Shown here piece by piece: positions 38,823 through 50,596 of a DNA stretch of 64,000 bases. The translations under genes and the position numbers were made by a program. The DNA is taken from the NCBI GenBank assembly GCA_964016885.1, contig OZ024747.1, positions 66,216,001 through 66,280,000 on the forward strand, in the 5' to 3' direction. Each line of letters starts with the position of its first letter. Positions within the stretch are counted from its first letter, which is position 1. The stretch comes from Eledone cirrhosa (lineage: Eukaryota). The notes beneath the pieces were generated by a model that was given only the letters and a program-made list of their open reading frames with translations, searched no databases and was not told the origin of the DNA.

Positions 38823-41494
38823 GGACATGATATGAAGGTTAAAAAACACTTGTGGATAGTGCAGTTTTAAATCAACATATGAAAAGTAGTTTTAGATCGA
38901 TGTGTGATATTGGGAAAAAAATTGAGGGGGAGGGGATGAAAAAGAGGAGGAGATGAGAGTAAAAAGTGGAGGGGGAGAAGTATAGTGAGGAAGGATGAGA
39001 TAGGAGGAGAGATGGGTGATAGAGAGAGAGAGATAGCTTTTATAACTGAGAAAAATATATTGTTTTACATAGAGAGGTTGAAAAAACCGTTGGAAGATAA
39101 TGTATAAATTGAAAATTAACGAAGAGAAAAATAATGTAAAGTTAAGGTTTGTATATTGAAGGGTTTAATAATATGTGCGATGAAAAGAAATTGTTTCTAT
39201 GTTAGGCACAGTGAGAAAAGGTACAGATTAGGGGTTAGAAATTAGGAGTGATGTAGAATATAATAAATATAATAAATAACTTTGAAATAAGGTAGAAAGA
39301 TGGGTATATTTTTAAAGAAGTATATATATATAAATATATTTCTGCCTTTGAGAAAAAGATTCTGAATTGATAAAGTTTATCATATTAGCTGTATACTTTA
39401 TGGAAAGTTCTGTGGAATTTATGCAAGCAGGTAGAAAACAAGTCAGTGCGTCTTTTTATTATAGAATCTAAATTAAAAATAATGGTAAATTTTTCATTTA
39501 GACAGAGATTGCAAGTCTTAGATAGAGAACTCTTCAAGTATGGAGAAGCAGAGGAAACCTTTTTCCAAGAGATGTTATATTTAATATTTTTGTCTTTCAA
39601 GGACCATATGAGTTCTGAGAGAGCCGTGTTGGTTCTTTTAAGTTTATATTTAAAAGACGAATGATGATTATAAAGACGAGCTTTAAAGGAGGTGGAAGTG
39701 GAGCCAAAATAGGTGAAGGAATTGGTGTCAGTTATAACTTTACATTCGTAAATTAAGTTTTTATCAAGACAATGGTTGTTGAGAGGACATTTATTTTTAG
39801 CAGGGCAATTTCAATTGCGATTAGAGAGATTATTAACGAGTGACCTAGTGTTATCTATAGAAGGAACTGGATTGGAGAAGTTATTGGCGATAGGAATAAT
39901 AGTTTCTTGATTTAGAATGGGATTAAGAACATTTAGCGAGGTTGTGTTTGACGTTATATTTGGGTTTGCAGAAATTAGCCTAGAGTTTACAATGACGTCG
40001 GGAGTACTATTACTATTATTATGATATTCAGTGTTGGAAGGAAGAGATTTAGTATTTAGTATATCTAACCTATCTTATAATAAAAACATCTTCGATGCTA
40101 ACGCCAATTACTATAATAACGCTCTTTCTAAAGCCGGCTATCCTGATAAAATCAAATATAATAAAGAAACAAATTCTAGAAGATCTTACAGTAGAATAAT
40201 TAGTCATGATCATTCCAATAACTTTAATAAAAGACCTAGATACAAAAACATAATCTGGTAAAATGCTCCTTTCTCCATCTCTATTAATAATAATATTCCT
40301 AAATTATTCTTTAGTGCCTTAAATAAATGCTTCCCTCCCTCACATATCTATAGTAAAATATTTAACAAACACACTATAAAATTTTCCTATTCAACATCCT
40401 CTAACATTTCCAACATTATCTCTAAACACAACAATAAAATACTAAATACTAAATCTCTTCCTTCCAGCACTGAATATCATAATAATAGTAATAGTACTCC
40501 CGACGTCATTGTAAACTCTAGGCTAATTTCTGCAAACCCAAATATAACGTCAAACACAACCTCGCTAAATGTTCTTAATCCCATTCTAAATCAAGAAACT
40601 ATTATTCCTATCGCCAATAACTTCTCCAATCCAGTTCCTTCTATAGATAACACTAGGTCACTCGTTAATAATCTCTCTAATCGCAATTGAAATTGCCCTG
40701 CTAAAAATAAATGTCCTCTCAACAACCATTGTCTTGATAAAAACTTAATTTACGAATGTAAAGTTATAACTGACACCAATTCCTTCACCTATTTTGGCTC
40801 CACTTCCACCTCCTTTAAAGCTCGTCTTTATAATCATCATTCGTCTTTTAAATATAAACTTAAAAGAACCAACACGGCTCTCTCAGAACTCATATGGTCC
40901 TTGAAAGACAAAAATATTAAATATAACATCTCTTGGAAAAAGGTTTCCTCTGCTTCTCCATATTTGAACAGTTCTCTATCTAAGACTTGCAATCTCTGTC
41001 TAAATGAAAAATTTACCATTATATCTAATTTAGATTCTATAATAAATAGACGCACTGACTTGTTTTCTATCTGCTTGCATAAATTCCACAGAACTTTCCA
41101 TAAAGTATACAGCTAATATGATAAACTTTATCAATTCAGAATCTTTTTCTCAAAGGCAGAAATATATTTATATATATATACTTCTTTAAAAATATACCCA
41201 TCTTTCTACCTTATTTCAAAGTTATTTATTATATTTATTATATTCTACATCACTCCTAATTTCTAACCCCTAATCTGTACCTTTTCTCACTGTGCCTAAC
41301 ATAGAAACAATTACTACACAATACACCATATTCTTACTTAATATCACCTTGAAAAAATCCTTCGTAAACATAAACATTTTTTGACGTTAGATTATTCATC
41401 CTCTATTCATTATTTTTTTCTCCCTTTCATCTAACTTATTCAGTCTCATCTCACAATATATCCTTACTTACATTACTTCTGTTTTTTTAATAAT

Positions 41495-41660
41495 ACATAT
41501 CAACATTTTCTTTCCATCGCACATATTATTAAACCCTTAAATATTATTCTTAATACATATTAACATTTTCTTTCCATCGCACATATTATTAAACCCTTAA
41601 ATATTATTCTTAATACATATTAACAATTTCTTTTCATCGCACATATTATTAAACCCTTCA
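41495..41660. repeat. 60-bp tandem repeat, about 3 copies, in the PLE 3' region
   Basis: ACATATTATTAAACCCTT occurs at 41521, 41581 and 41641. Confidence 0.9.
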
Positions 41661-42011
41661 ATATACAAACCTTAACTTTACATTATTTTTCTCTTCGTTA
41701 ATTTTTAAATTCTTTTAATTTATACATTATCTTCCAACGGTTTTTTCAACCTCTATGTAAAACTATTTTTCTCAGTTATAAAAGCTATCTCTCTCTCTCT
41801 ATCACCCATCTCTCCTCCTATCTCATCCTTCCTCACTATACTCCTCCCCCTCCACTTTTTACTCTCATCTCCTCCTCTTTTTCATCCTTTCCACCCACCC
41901 CCCTCAATTTTTTTTTTCCAATATCACACATCAATCTAAAACTACTTTTCATATGTTGATTTAAAACTGCACTATCCACAAGTGTTTTTTAACCTTCATA
42001 TCATGTCCTCC

Positions 42012-42082
42012 TATTTTATCTGATGAAAACACAAATGTTATTGTATGATGATATCTGTTTTTGAAATGCGCATAATAAAATA
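42012..42082 (+). ncRNA. Hammerhead ribozyme in the PLE 3' terminal repeat (family B)
   Basis: Canonical CTGATGA and GAAA, 8-bp stem I (TATTTTAT/ATAAAATA), palindromic TGCGCA stem III, AUA triplet. Confidence 0.88.
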
Positions 42083-42237
42083 CATGGAACTCATTTAACC
42101 ATCTTTTGATCTTATATATTATGTATACTCCAGTCCTACAAACTGTAGAGTGCTTCTTATCCGATATCTGCATTGCTTTATTGTACTACAATAAAACTCA
42201 CCTCCTACATTATATATATATATATATATACATATAT

Positions 42238-42331
<94 letters not shown>

Positions 42332-42864
42332 GGAGCGAGAGGTAGATAGCTAGACAAACAGATACATACATATTAAATCACTGACAAATATTTCATTGAT
42401 TTCCAGTAGAGAAGCGAGTTAGATATATTTGAATACGTATTGCTTAATAATCCATTTCTCATAATAAAACTACACCAGATTGACTTGTTCTTGTGAACAT
42501 TATATTAATATATGAATACAAAGCTTTTGAATAAGGCTGCCACAACCCGGCCATTCCATTAAAACATTCATAATTTTATGCTTTACAATCTTCATATATA
42601 TATTTCAATAGAAAATATGCTCTGAATGGTTGGGTAGTAAAAGCGACTAAGTTTAACAGAAATAGAGAGATCTAACAAGCCAACAACACAAAACATATGA
42701 GAGTATCTGTCCTTTTAAAAGTCGAGTAGTTTGTTCGGTTATTACTGACACGCCATGTTCGTTAATTCACATTTCAAAGTGTTTCTTCTTTTCCTCACAG
42801 AAGCGCAGCCATATTGTACTCACTCATCGAATGATTCAGGTTGTTCCAAGACAATATGTATATA

Positions 42865-42932
<68 letters not shown>

Positions 42933-42976
42933 TATGTATGTAAGAAGTATTTATGTATACAGACACGCACACACAC

Positions 42977-43057
<81 letters not shown>

Positions 43058-43146
43058 CTGTAAATTGTTGCATTTCAACTCACAGCATTTCAAATTATGA
43101 TATAGAAAAAGAAAATTCTCGAAGAAGCATCATCTTCTTTGTTGAA

Positions 43147-43222
<76 letters not shown>

Positions 43223-43792
43223 GATGTGATAGGCAGGGTGATCCACTGGCAGCTATGCAAAGTAAACAATTTACCACATTCTGAGAAGTGGTATGAGCAT
43301 AAGCCAGAGTGATAGAAAACGATCAGGTGATAGAAAACGATCAGGTGAAGGTGATATGGGATTTTAGGATACAGACGGACAAGAAATTAGAACACAATAG
43401 GCCTGACCTGGTGGTTTTGGACAAGGAAAATAGATCGTGTCTGATTGTAGATGTAGCCTGCCCATTTGACACGAGAGTGCAAGAAAAGGAGAGGGCGTAC
43501 ATTAACCGATACCAGGACTTAAAGTGGGAGGTAAAAAGGATTTGGAACTGCCATGAAATGAAGGTCGTCCCGATCATCATAGGCGCACTAAGTACTATCT
43601 CAAAGAGTTTCCAAGGATGGTTAAAGAAGATTAGTCCAGCCCCGCTTTTTGGAACACTTCAAAAGGCATGCTTGCTGGGAACAGCAAGAACCCTCTGATA
43701 CGTCCTGAATATCTGAGGCTGCATGTAGCGGCTTGATATTCATTTCAACAAACTTTCCAGTTAAATAACATCAATGACAGAGACTCAAAGAA
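43223..43792 (+). mobile_element. 5'-truncated Dong/R4 LINE in (TAA)n, same family as 54317-56517
   Basis: WDFRIQTDKKLEHNRPDLVVLD..IVDVACP..LQKACLLGTART. (TAA)n on both flanks. Confidence 0.92.
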
Positions 43793-43793
43793 C

Positions 43794-43837
<44 letters not shown>

Positions 43838-43891
43838 TGATGATGATGATGATGATGATAATAACAATGTTTTCTTTATAATATTATTAAT

Positions 43892-44081
43892 AATTGTTTC
43901 TAATTTTGGCACAAGGCCAGCAATTACCCTAGTACATTACTGGTAATTTATTTTATCGACCCCGTAAGGATGAAAGGCAAAGTTAACCATGGCGGGATTT
44001 GAACTCAGACCGTAAAGGGCGGTAACTCTATGCTGCAAAGCATAGCTTCAGACCCTCTACCGATACTTTCAATCCACCGCT
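43892..44081 (-). mobile_element. tRNA-derived SINE
   Basis: B box, core and tail on the minus strand. Confidence 0.9.
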
Positions 44082-44149
44082 TTAGTATCATATTATTAAT
44101 AATAATAATAATATATTAGTTTGGTATACAGAGTATACAATTATATGAG

Positions 44150-44551
<402 letters not shown>

Positions 44552-44824
44552 TTTATCCCGGGTTCAATCGGGGGTAACCACAGTAAGTAAGGTACTCAAT
44601 ACATAGCAGAGTAGATATTTAATATAGAAATGGCTTCTAGAGGACAAGAACTGTTTCATTCGGGAGAAATTATCCGGAAGCCCTGAGGGCGGCTGGCTCC
44701 CGAAATACATTGTAAGCCATCGCAGCCTAGTTTCTTTTATACGATAAACCATTAAATAAGACCACATCGGTCGATAAGATTACAATTCTGCATGGAATTC
44801 CATAGAAAACAAGTCGAACAACAA

Positions 44825-45125
44825 TCATCATCATCATCAGGTCGAACGTGCTCGGCCTTCTACGACATGCTTCCTAAATCCATCTCTGTCTCTCATAGCG
44901 TTTGCCAGTTCTTCCGCAGTGCATCCAGTATCGTCCTCAAGTTGCTTGACGTATGTCTTCTTGGGACGACCAGCGTTTTTTACTCCATGAGATGGACTCC
45001 ATAACAATACATCGCCTGCTATTTCTTCCTTGCTGCGCCAACAGTGGCCAGCAAATCTGACTCTCTGTTTACGTATTGACTTGCTGATAGGTGGCATATA
45101 GCCATAGAGTTCCTTATTTGAGAGA
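44825..45125 (-). mobile_element. RTE-type LINE 3' end
   Basis: NKELYG..IRKQRVRFAGHCWR..VLLW..GRPKKTYVKQL..AMRDR. (GAT)n tail. Confidence 0.85.
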
Positions 45126-45809
45126 AATACGCTAACGAACAACAATGGAGCCTCTAATTATAATTGGAATACACACCAAAAATTCACATATAGATACAAC
45201 ATGCGGGAAACTATTATGATGACCACCAAACTTCAACTACTGTTCAATTTTAAATCAGGTATCCACTATTTGTTACCGTATGAGTATTGTTATATACGTG
45301 ACCGACACGAATCGTCGTGGATTATGTGAGGGGCATATAGTCTGAAAAATACGATCCCGGACTATGAAAATGTCGCAGTGCATGAAATCCATATCATCGC
45401 TTCGCTACGCATTTCCAATATTTTTAATGCTTACATTATTTTTTAATGCTTATTTATTTCTCCACGCACAGGCTATAACAATCATATAAAGAATTCATTC
45501 CCAGATCAACCCCCTTAACACTCTTGATCACCTGTTTAAGTGCTTCTTTTACACATAACTCTCTGCCACACTATATAAACAAGACGCACGTGCTTGCCAC
45601 ACGTATAACTATTGCACTCTATAACCGCTTAATTTCATGTTGTATTTTAACCTGTATTTTTGATTGTATCTTTTAATATGAATGTAATCTCTAAATGTGT
45701 ACTGCCACACTAAATGCTGTAATGAATGTTGACCCACAATATTTGCATATGTATCTGTATGTCTCTTGGGTGAAAAGGAGGTCATATAAGTGTTCATTCA
45801 CTAATAAAT

Positions 45810-45856
45810 TGCTCCGAAGAATCCAAACCTCGGTTTGGAGGAAACAGTTGTAAGCA
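45810..45856 (+). ncRNA. Hammerhead ribozyme, family D copy
   Basis: TGCT-CCGAAGA-A-TCCAAACCTCGGTTTGGA-G-GAAA-CAGTTG-TA-AGCA. Flanks are homologous to 20535-20695. Confidence 0.7.
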
Positions 45857-45919
45857 TAAAAATGTTTTGAACAGTTCTTTGATTCTTATAATTCATATAT
45901 ATATATATATGAATTATAA

Positions 45920-45967
<48 letters not shown>

Positions 45968-46010
45968 GTACACAGTTGAAAATTGCAAACTTGACTGTCA
46001 CCACACATTA

Positions 46011-46049
46011 TGAACCTGAAGATTGCGAAAGCATGTAAGTACTTGTTCA
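46011..46049 (+). ncRNA. Minimal hammerhead with one core mutation (GAAA to GTAA)
   Basis: TGAAC-CTGAAGA-T-TGC GAAA GCA-T-GTAA-GTAC-TT-GTTCA. Confidence 0.55.
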
Positions 46050-46261
46050 ATTAACAATTAACATTTAATATTCTAGCATACTATTTCATTCTAATACCAT
46101 TATAAATTTTAAAGGATTGTAAATAAAACGAGTAAATCAGACAAAGTTGGAATTCCTTTTATTAATATAATATTCTATACACAATCATACACACCCGTGT
46201 ATATTTATCTATCTGTCTCTATATATATATACGAACATATACACATATATATATATAATAA

Positions 46262-46295
<34 letters not shown>

Positions 46296-46380
46296 AAAAA
46301 GTAAACAGAAATAACAACACAATCGGTACAGTATATGGTAGGAACACATTAAGTTAACGCTTGATATAGCAGGAAGGGGA

Positions 46381-46416
46381 TCTTAACTTTTCGGACGCTA
46401 GTCCTTCATCAAAAGA
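46381..46416 (-). ncRNA. Degenerate minimal hammerhead
   Basis: TCTT-TTGATGA-A-GGAC TAGC GTCC-GAAA-AG-TT-AAGA; two departures from consensus. Confidence 0.4.
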
Positions 46417-46558
46417 AAAAATGATAAATAAGATAGATTGCGGGGACGGGCGCGGTGGATTTGAAAAAAATAACAGGTCCATTTATGTTGACATCTCTTG
46501 GAGAAAATATATATATATATATATACATATATGTAATGTTCATTTTGCTCTATTTCAG

Positions 46559-46682
46559 GTATATCGTTATTGTCCATCCTATGCAATCTCGTTCACTCTG
46601 TACCCTAGGTAATACCAGGAAGATTCTCTGTATCTTATGGATAATTTCTTTATTCATTTCCTGTCCAGCCTTGTACATGATG
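46559..46682 (+). CDS. Internal exon of a class A (rhodopsin-like) peptide GPCR: end of TM3, ICL2, TM4
   Basis: Polypyrimidine tract and TTTCAG acceptor, GTGAGT donor. Translates (R)YIVIVHPMQSRSLCTLGNTRKILCILWIISLFISCPALYMM, i.e. (E/D)RY..xxHP and TM4 W..S.....P. Upstream intron is phase 2, splitting the ERY arginine. Receptor subfamily cannot be fixed from one exon. Confidence 0.88.
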
Positions 46683-46696
46683 GTGAGTAGATTTTA

Positions 46697-46747
<51 letters not shown>

Positions 46748-46800
46748 CACTACCACTACTACTACTACTGCTATTGCTTCTATATATATGTGTGTTTCCT

Positions 46801-47121
46801 TTCTTTGATTCGTCAAAGTGACATTATTGAAAAAATGAGAGGGACAATTCTTTTAAAAAAAAGTTTTATAATGTATATAAAGTATATAAAGTATTACCGG
46901 TTTAGATGTATTATTAAAATTCATCTTATCAAATGTTGAGTATTACAATTAAAAAGAATTAATAAGAATTAAAAACTAAAAAAACATACCACAACATTTA
47001 ATTGTAAATCTTTAATTTTTAGTTTTTAATTCTTATACTTTATATACATTATAAAACTCTTTATTCTAAAAGAATTGTCCCTCTCATTTTTTCAATAATG
47101 TCACTTTGACGAATCAAAGAA
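46801..47121. repeat. AT-rich fold-back inverted repeat
   Basis: 46801-46886 is the near reverse complement of 47034-47121. Inner arms at 46964-46983 and 47016-47034. Confidence 0.85.
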
Positions 47122-47180
47122 AGAATACAAAACAAAAAAAAACACCCTAAAATATATTTTCCGTGCTATTTCCAACTGCA

Positions 47181-47305
<125 letters not shown>

Positions 47306-47449
47306 TGTGTATATATAAGCAAAAGGGATATTCAATTTGTTGGTAATTCAACAAATATAAATGTTTATAACTGATTCAGAACACTCGACATGTTTTGTGG
47401 ATATTCAATGATATTAAATAAATGGAAACTATATTTATAAAACCATATT

Positions 47450-47510
47450 TATTATATTATATATATTTCAAGGGTACCAAAACTTTGGTACGCTTTCATC
47501 AGATAAAATA
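47450..47510 (-). ncRNA. Minimal type-I hammerhead ribozyme (family H)
   Basis: TATTTTAT-CTGATGA-AAGCGTACCAA AGTT TTGGTACCCTT-GAAA-TATATA-TA-ATATAATA. Confidence 0.8.
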
Positions 47511-48187
47511 CAAAGTTTGTTTTATAAATTTTGACATAACCAAGAAAAGATACCTTAACGGTTCAAGTTTTTCTTGGATAGTGAAGGAATAAGAGAAGAA
47601 AAGTAAGATATTTCAAATTATTAAGATGAGTATGCAAATTAGGTTGAGGTATAGGGCTGAAAAAAAACGTTATTTTAGACGCTATGCAGAATTTAAATAA
47701 TTAGGATATATGTATGTATGAGTAGGAAGAAGGAAAAAGAAAGAAGAGCTTGTATTTACGTTAATTTAAAAGGAATTAACAATTTGCAGGAATGGTGGAA
47801 TATGATTCCAGAATTTAAATTTATTTAGCTATATTATGAGTTATAATATTGTATATATAATCAATTAGATTATATGAAGAATTGTGGTTGTAAGTAGATT
47901 TTATCTTATTACATTACAATAGGTTGTAAGTATATAAATATCTATATAGATTAATAATTGTGCATGTATAAGTATTATAGAAATAGAAAGAGTCTTGTGT
48001 CTACGTTAGGAACCGACACTCTCTTTATTAGGAAAATATTTGTGAAATTATAAAACCAGAAGAACATACATATATAAATACAAACACGTAATAAATTGGC
48101 AGAGTCGTAACAAATTTGTTGAACAAATTGTTATTGTTATTTTTATTGTTCTTCTTTTTCTTTTTCTTCTTCTTCTTCTTCTTCTTC

Positions 48188-48222
<35 letters not shown>

Positions 48223-48662
48223 GAATGCTATGGTTGACGGAGGCTCGGCTCTGTAAGGTATTGTAAATTTTGAACGCTATAACAATTGTAAATTGTTTAA
48301 AACTTTTACCAACTTGTAGACAAAAACACCCTCCTCCTCGTGAGAGGGGTCTTTCTGCCCGTTATTTGGCCCTTCGGGGTTAAATAACTGCTTATTGGGG
48401 TTTTGTGCCCAATATTTATTTTAAACAAAAAAAACAAAACAACAAGGCTACGAAAAAGAATTTTCATAGGTCACTCCCACTCATTCCGTGTTCTTCTTCC
48501 TCAATCGTCACTACAGCAAAGAGAAGATTGTCTCTCTCCCTCCCTTCTTTAAATGTGTCTCTCTCCCTCCCTTCTCTTCCGCAAGCGACGACAGAAAAGA
48601 AAATTCTCGTGCAAAGCGTGCAAGATTTCTCCACGACGACGACGACAACGACGACGAAACAG

Positions 48663-50561
48663 ATGTGCGGGAAATACGAAAACCCATTTCATTCGTCTGA
48701 CGTCAGGAATAATAGCTGTAGCAGCCGTAATAACAACAGCAACAGTGACAATGAAAACAACAGTAGCAGCCGCAACAGCATCAGCAGCAGCATAAACAAC
48801 AACAGCATTAGCAGCAGCAACAACAACAACAACCACAGCAACAGCGGCGGCGGCAGTAGTCGTAGTACCTGCAGCAACAACAAAAGTAACAGCAGCTCTG
48901 ACGACAACAACAACAACAACAGCAGCAAAGAAAAACCAATCTCGTTTGCAGGTATCGCGAAGAACCTGGAAACAATCCTCATAACAAATGAGGAATTAGA
49001 GGAAGCGAAGAAGATGGTGACAAAAACAGGACACCGAGCAATCTGCAAGGCAGCGGAAACATTTTTCGAAACCCAACAGCACTGTACGGTCACGTACCGT
49101 ACAGTAAGTACAAAATCCCGTAGGGTGGAAAGAGCCACAGAGGCTCAAATACAAAAAGCCTTGGGGTCTGTGTGGCAGCGGAAAACACACATCACCCGAG
49201 GCAAGAAATATGCCACCGTAGACGTACTTTTTGCCACACCCCAGGAGGCAAAGGCTCAATCCGTAGTGACCCTAAGGAGCGAGGAAATGGTTTTGGTGCC
49301 CTCCTACTGCGGGCAAAAAATTGTGAGGGTCAAACTGACCCACGTCCCCCCCGGGATGGCCCCTTCTTGGCTGGCCGCGTCTGTCCTCGTCGGAATCGAG
49401 GACAAAACAACTGTACTGCAAGTACAGAAAAAAGTAAGAGAAGATTGGGTCGGCACCTCCATTGAGATGTTAATCCAAACCAACCAGGAGTGCATCGAAG
49501 CTATCCCGGATGTGATAGACTTCGATAACGGCACTCAACTGCCCACAAGTGTTGAGGGCAAACGCCCGAAATGCTTTCGCTGTGGATCGAAGACTCACCT
49601 CAGGGCCTTCTGCAACGAGAAGACCCTGAGAAAGGAGAAAACCCCCCTCCTTCCGAAACCGGCTCCACGGCTACCAGCAACAGGACAAGCGGCAAGCAGG
49701 AACGATAAGTCCGTGGCACCCATACCCAGGCCACGGAAATCAAAAACAGCAGTAGCAGTGGAAGTATTAACAACAACAACAACAGCAATACCAAATGCAG
49801 CTGCAACAGAGACTCCAGTGCAAACATCACCAACAACAACAAGTGAAAGAGTGGAGCTGGTACCCCTCCCCGACCTCACAGAATCAGACATGGAGTGTGA
49901 GGTGGGAGAGGGATGGCCAAAGGTCGTAAGAAGGCACAAACGCAGAAGCAGCGCATCGTCGCCTTTGAAAAGGGAGGAAAGAAATGAAAAAGGGGTAAAG
50001 TCTACTGCAAAGAGACTCACAGCAGCAACACCACCAACACCATCACCATCCACACTAGCACCACCATCACCACCGGCGACAACCCCACCGCCAACAACAA
50101 CAACACCTTCAACACCACCACCACAAGCACGAACATCGCAAACACAACAACAAAACACACACACCCAGCAAAAACGACAAGAAAATAGCAGAACCACACC
50201 CCACCCCCAGAAAAACAAATGCACGGCAATAAATACACACAACAAGAAACTAATGACTTACATAATTGAACACACAGACATTTCACAACACGACTACATA
50301 ATACCAGCACCAATCAAAACGCCAACTAACATAAGACTGCTAAAAATAGCATAGAAACAATACACAAACATTAAAACGAAATTCCCCAACGCAGTTGGTG
50401 ATTTCAGAGACCTAAGAGGAACTATCAACCGAAGAGTATATTCGGACATACTCATAGAAGAGCTGATGACCAGCCGAAGGGACGATTCAACGGTCCCTTC
50501 ACCAGACGATCAAGTGAAAAGGGATGTAAAAGCCATCCCTCCTCTACGAAAAGTACGGTAA
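48663..50561 (+). CDS. LINE ORF1 (gag-like, CCHC zinc knuckle), one in-frame TAG at 50352-50354
   Basis: CFRCGSKTHLRAFC knuckle. The frame stays open after the TAG up to TAA 50559-50561, 35 nt before the ORF2 ATG; the copy at 11606/11636 has similar spacing. Confidence 0.8.
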
Positions 50562-50596
50562 GTGGTCTTTCCCATCTTTTCCACTCTATTTTAAAC

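Larger units (their letters stand above)
38715..42122. mobile_element. Penelope-like element in head-to-head inverted arrangement (plus copy 40063-42122; inverted 3' part 38715-40062)
   Basis: Plus frame gives NALSKAGY..KNIIW*NAPFS..KCFPPSHIYSKIFNKHTIKFSYS, then CPLNNHCLDKNLIYECKV..TYFGSTSTSFKARLYNHHSSF..CNLCLNEK (GIY-YIG). 38715-40062 is the reverse complement of 40439-42122 minus ~316 bp. Confidence 0.92.

Noticed and set aside
48405-48662. N-terminal extension of ORF1 from the GTG start in the ORF track
   Set aside because: It looks like 5' UTR or flank; the first in-frame ATG is at 48663.
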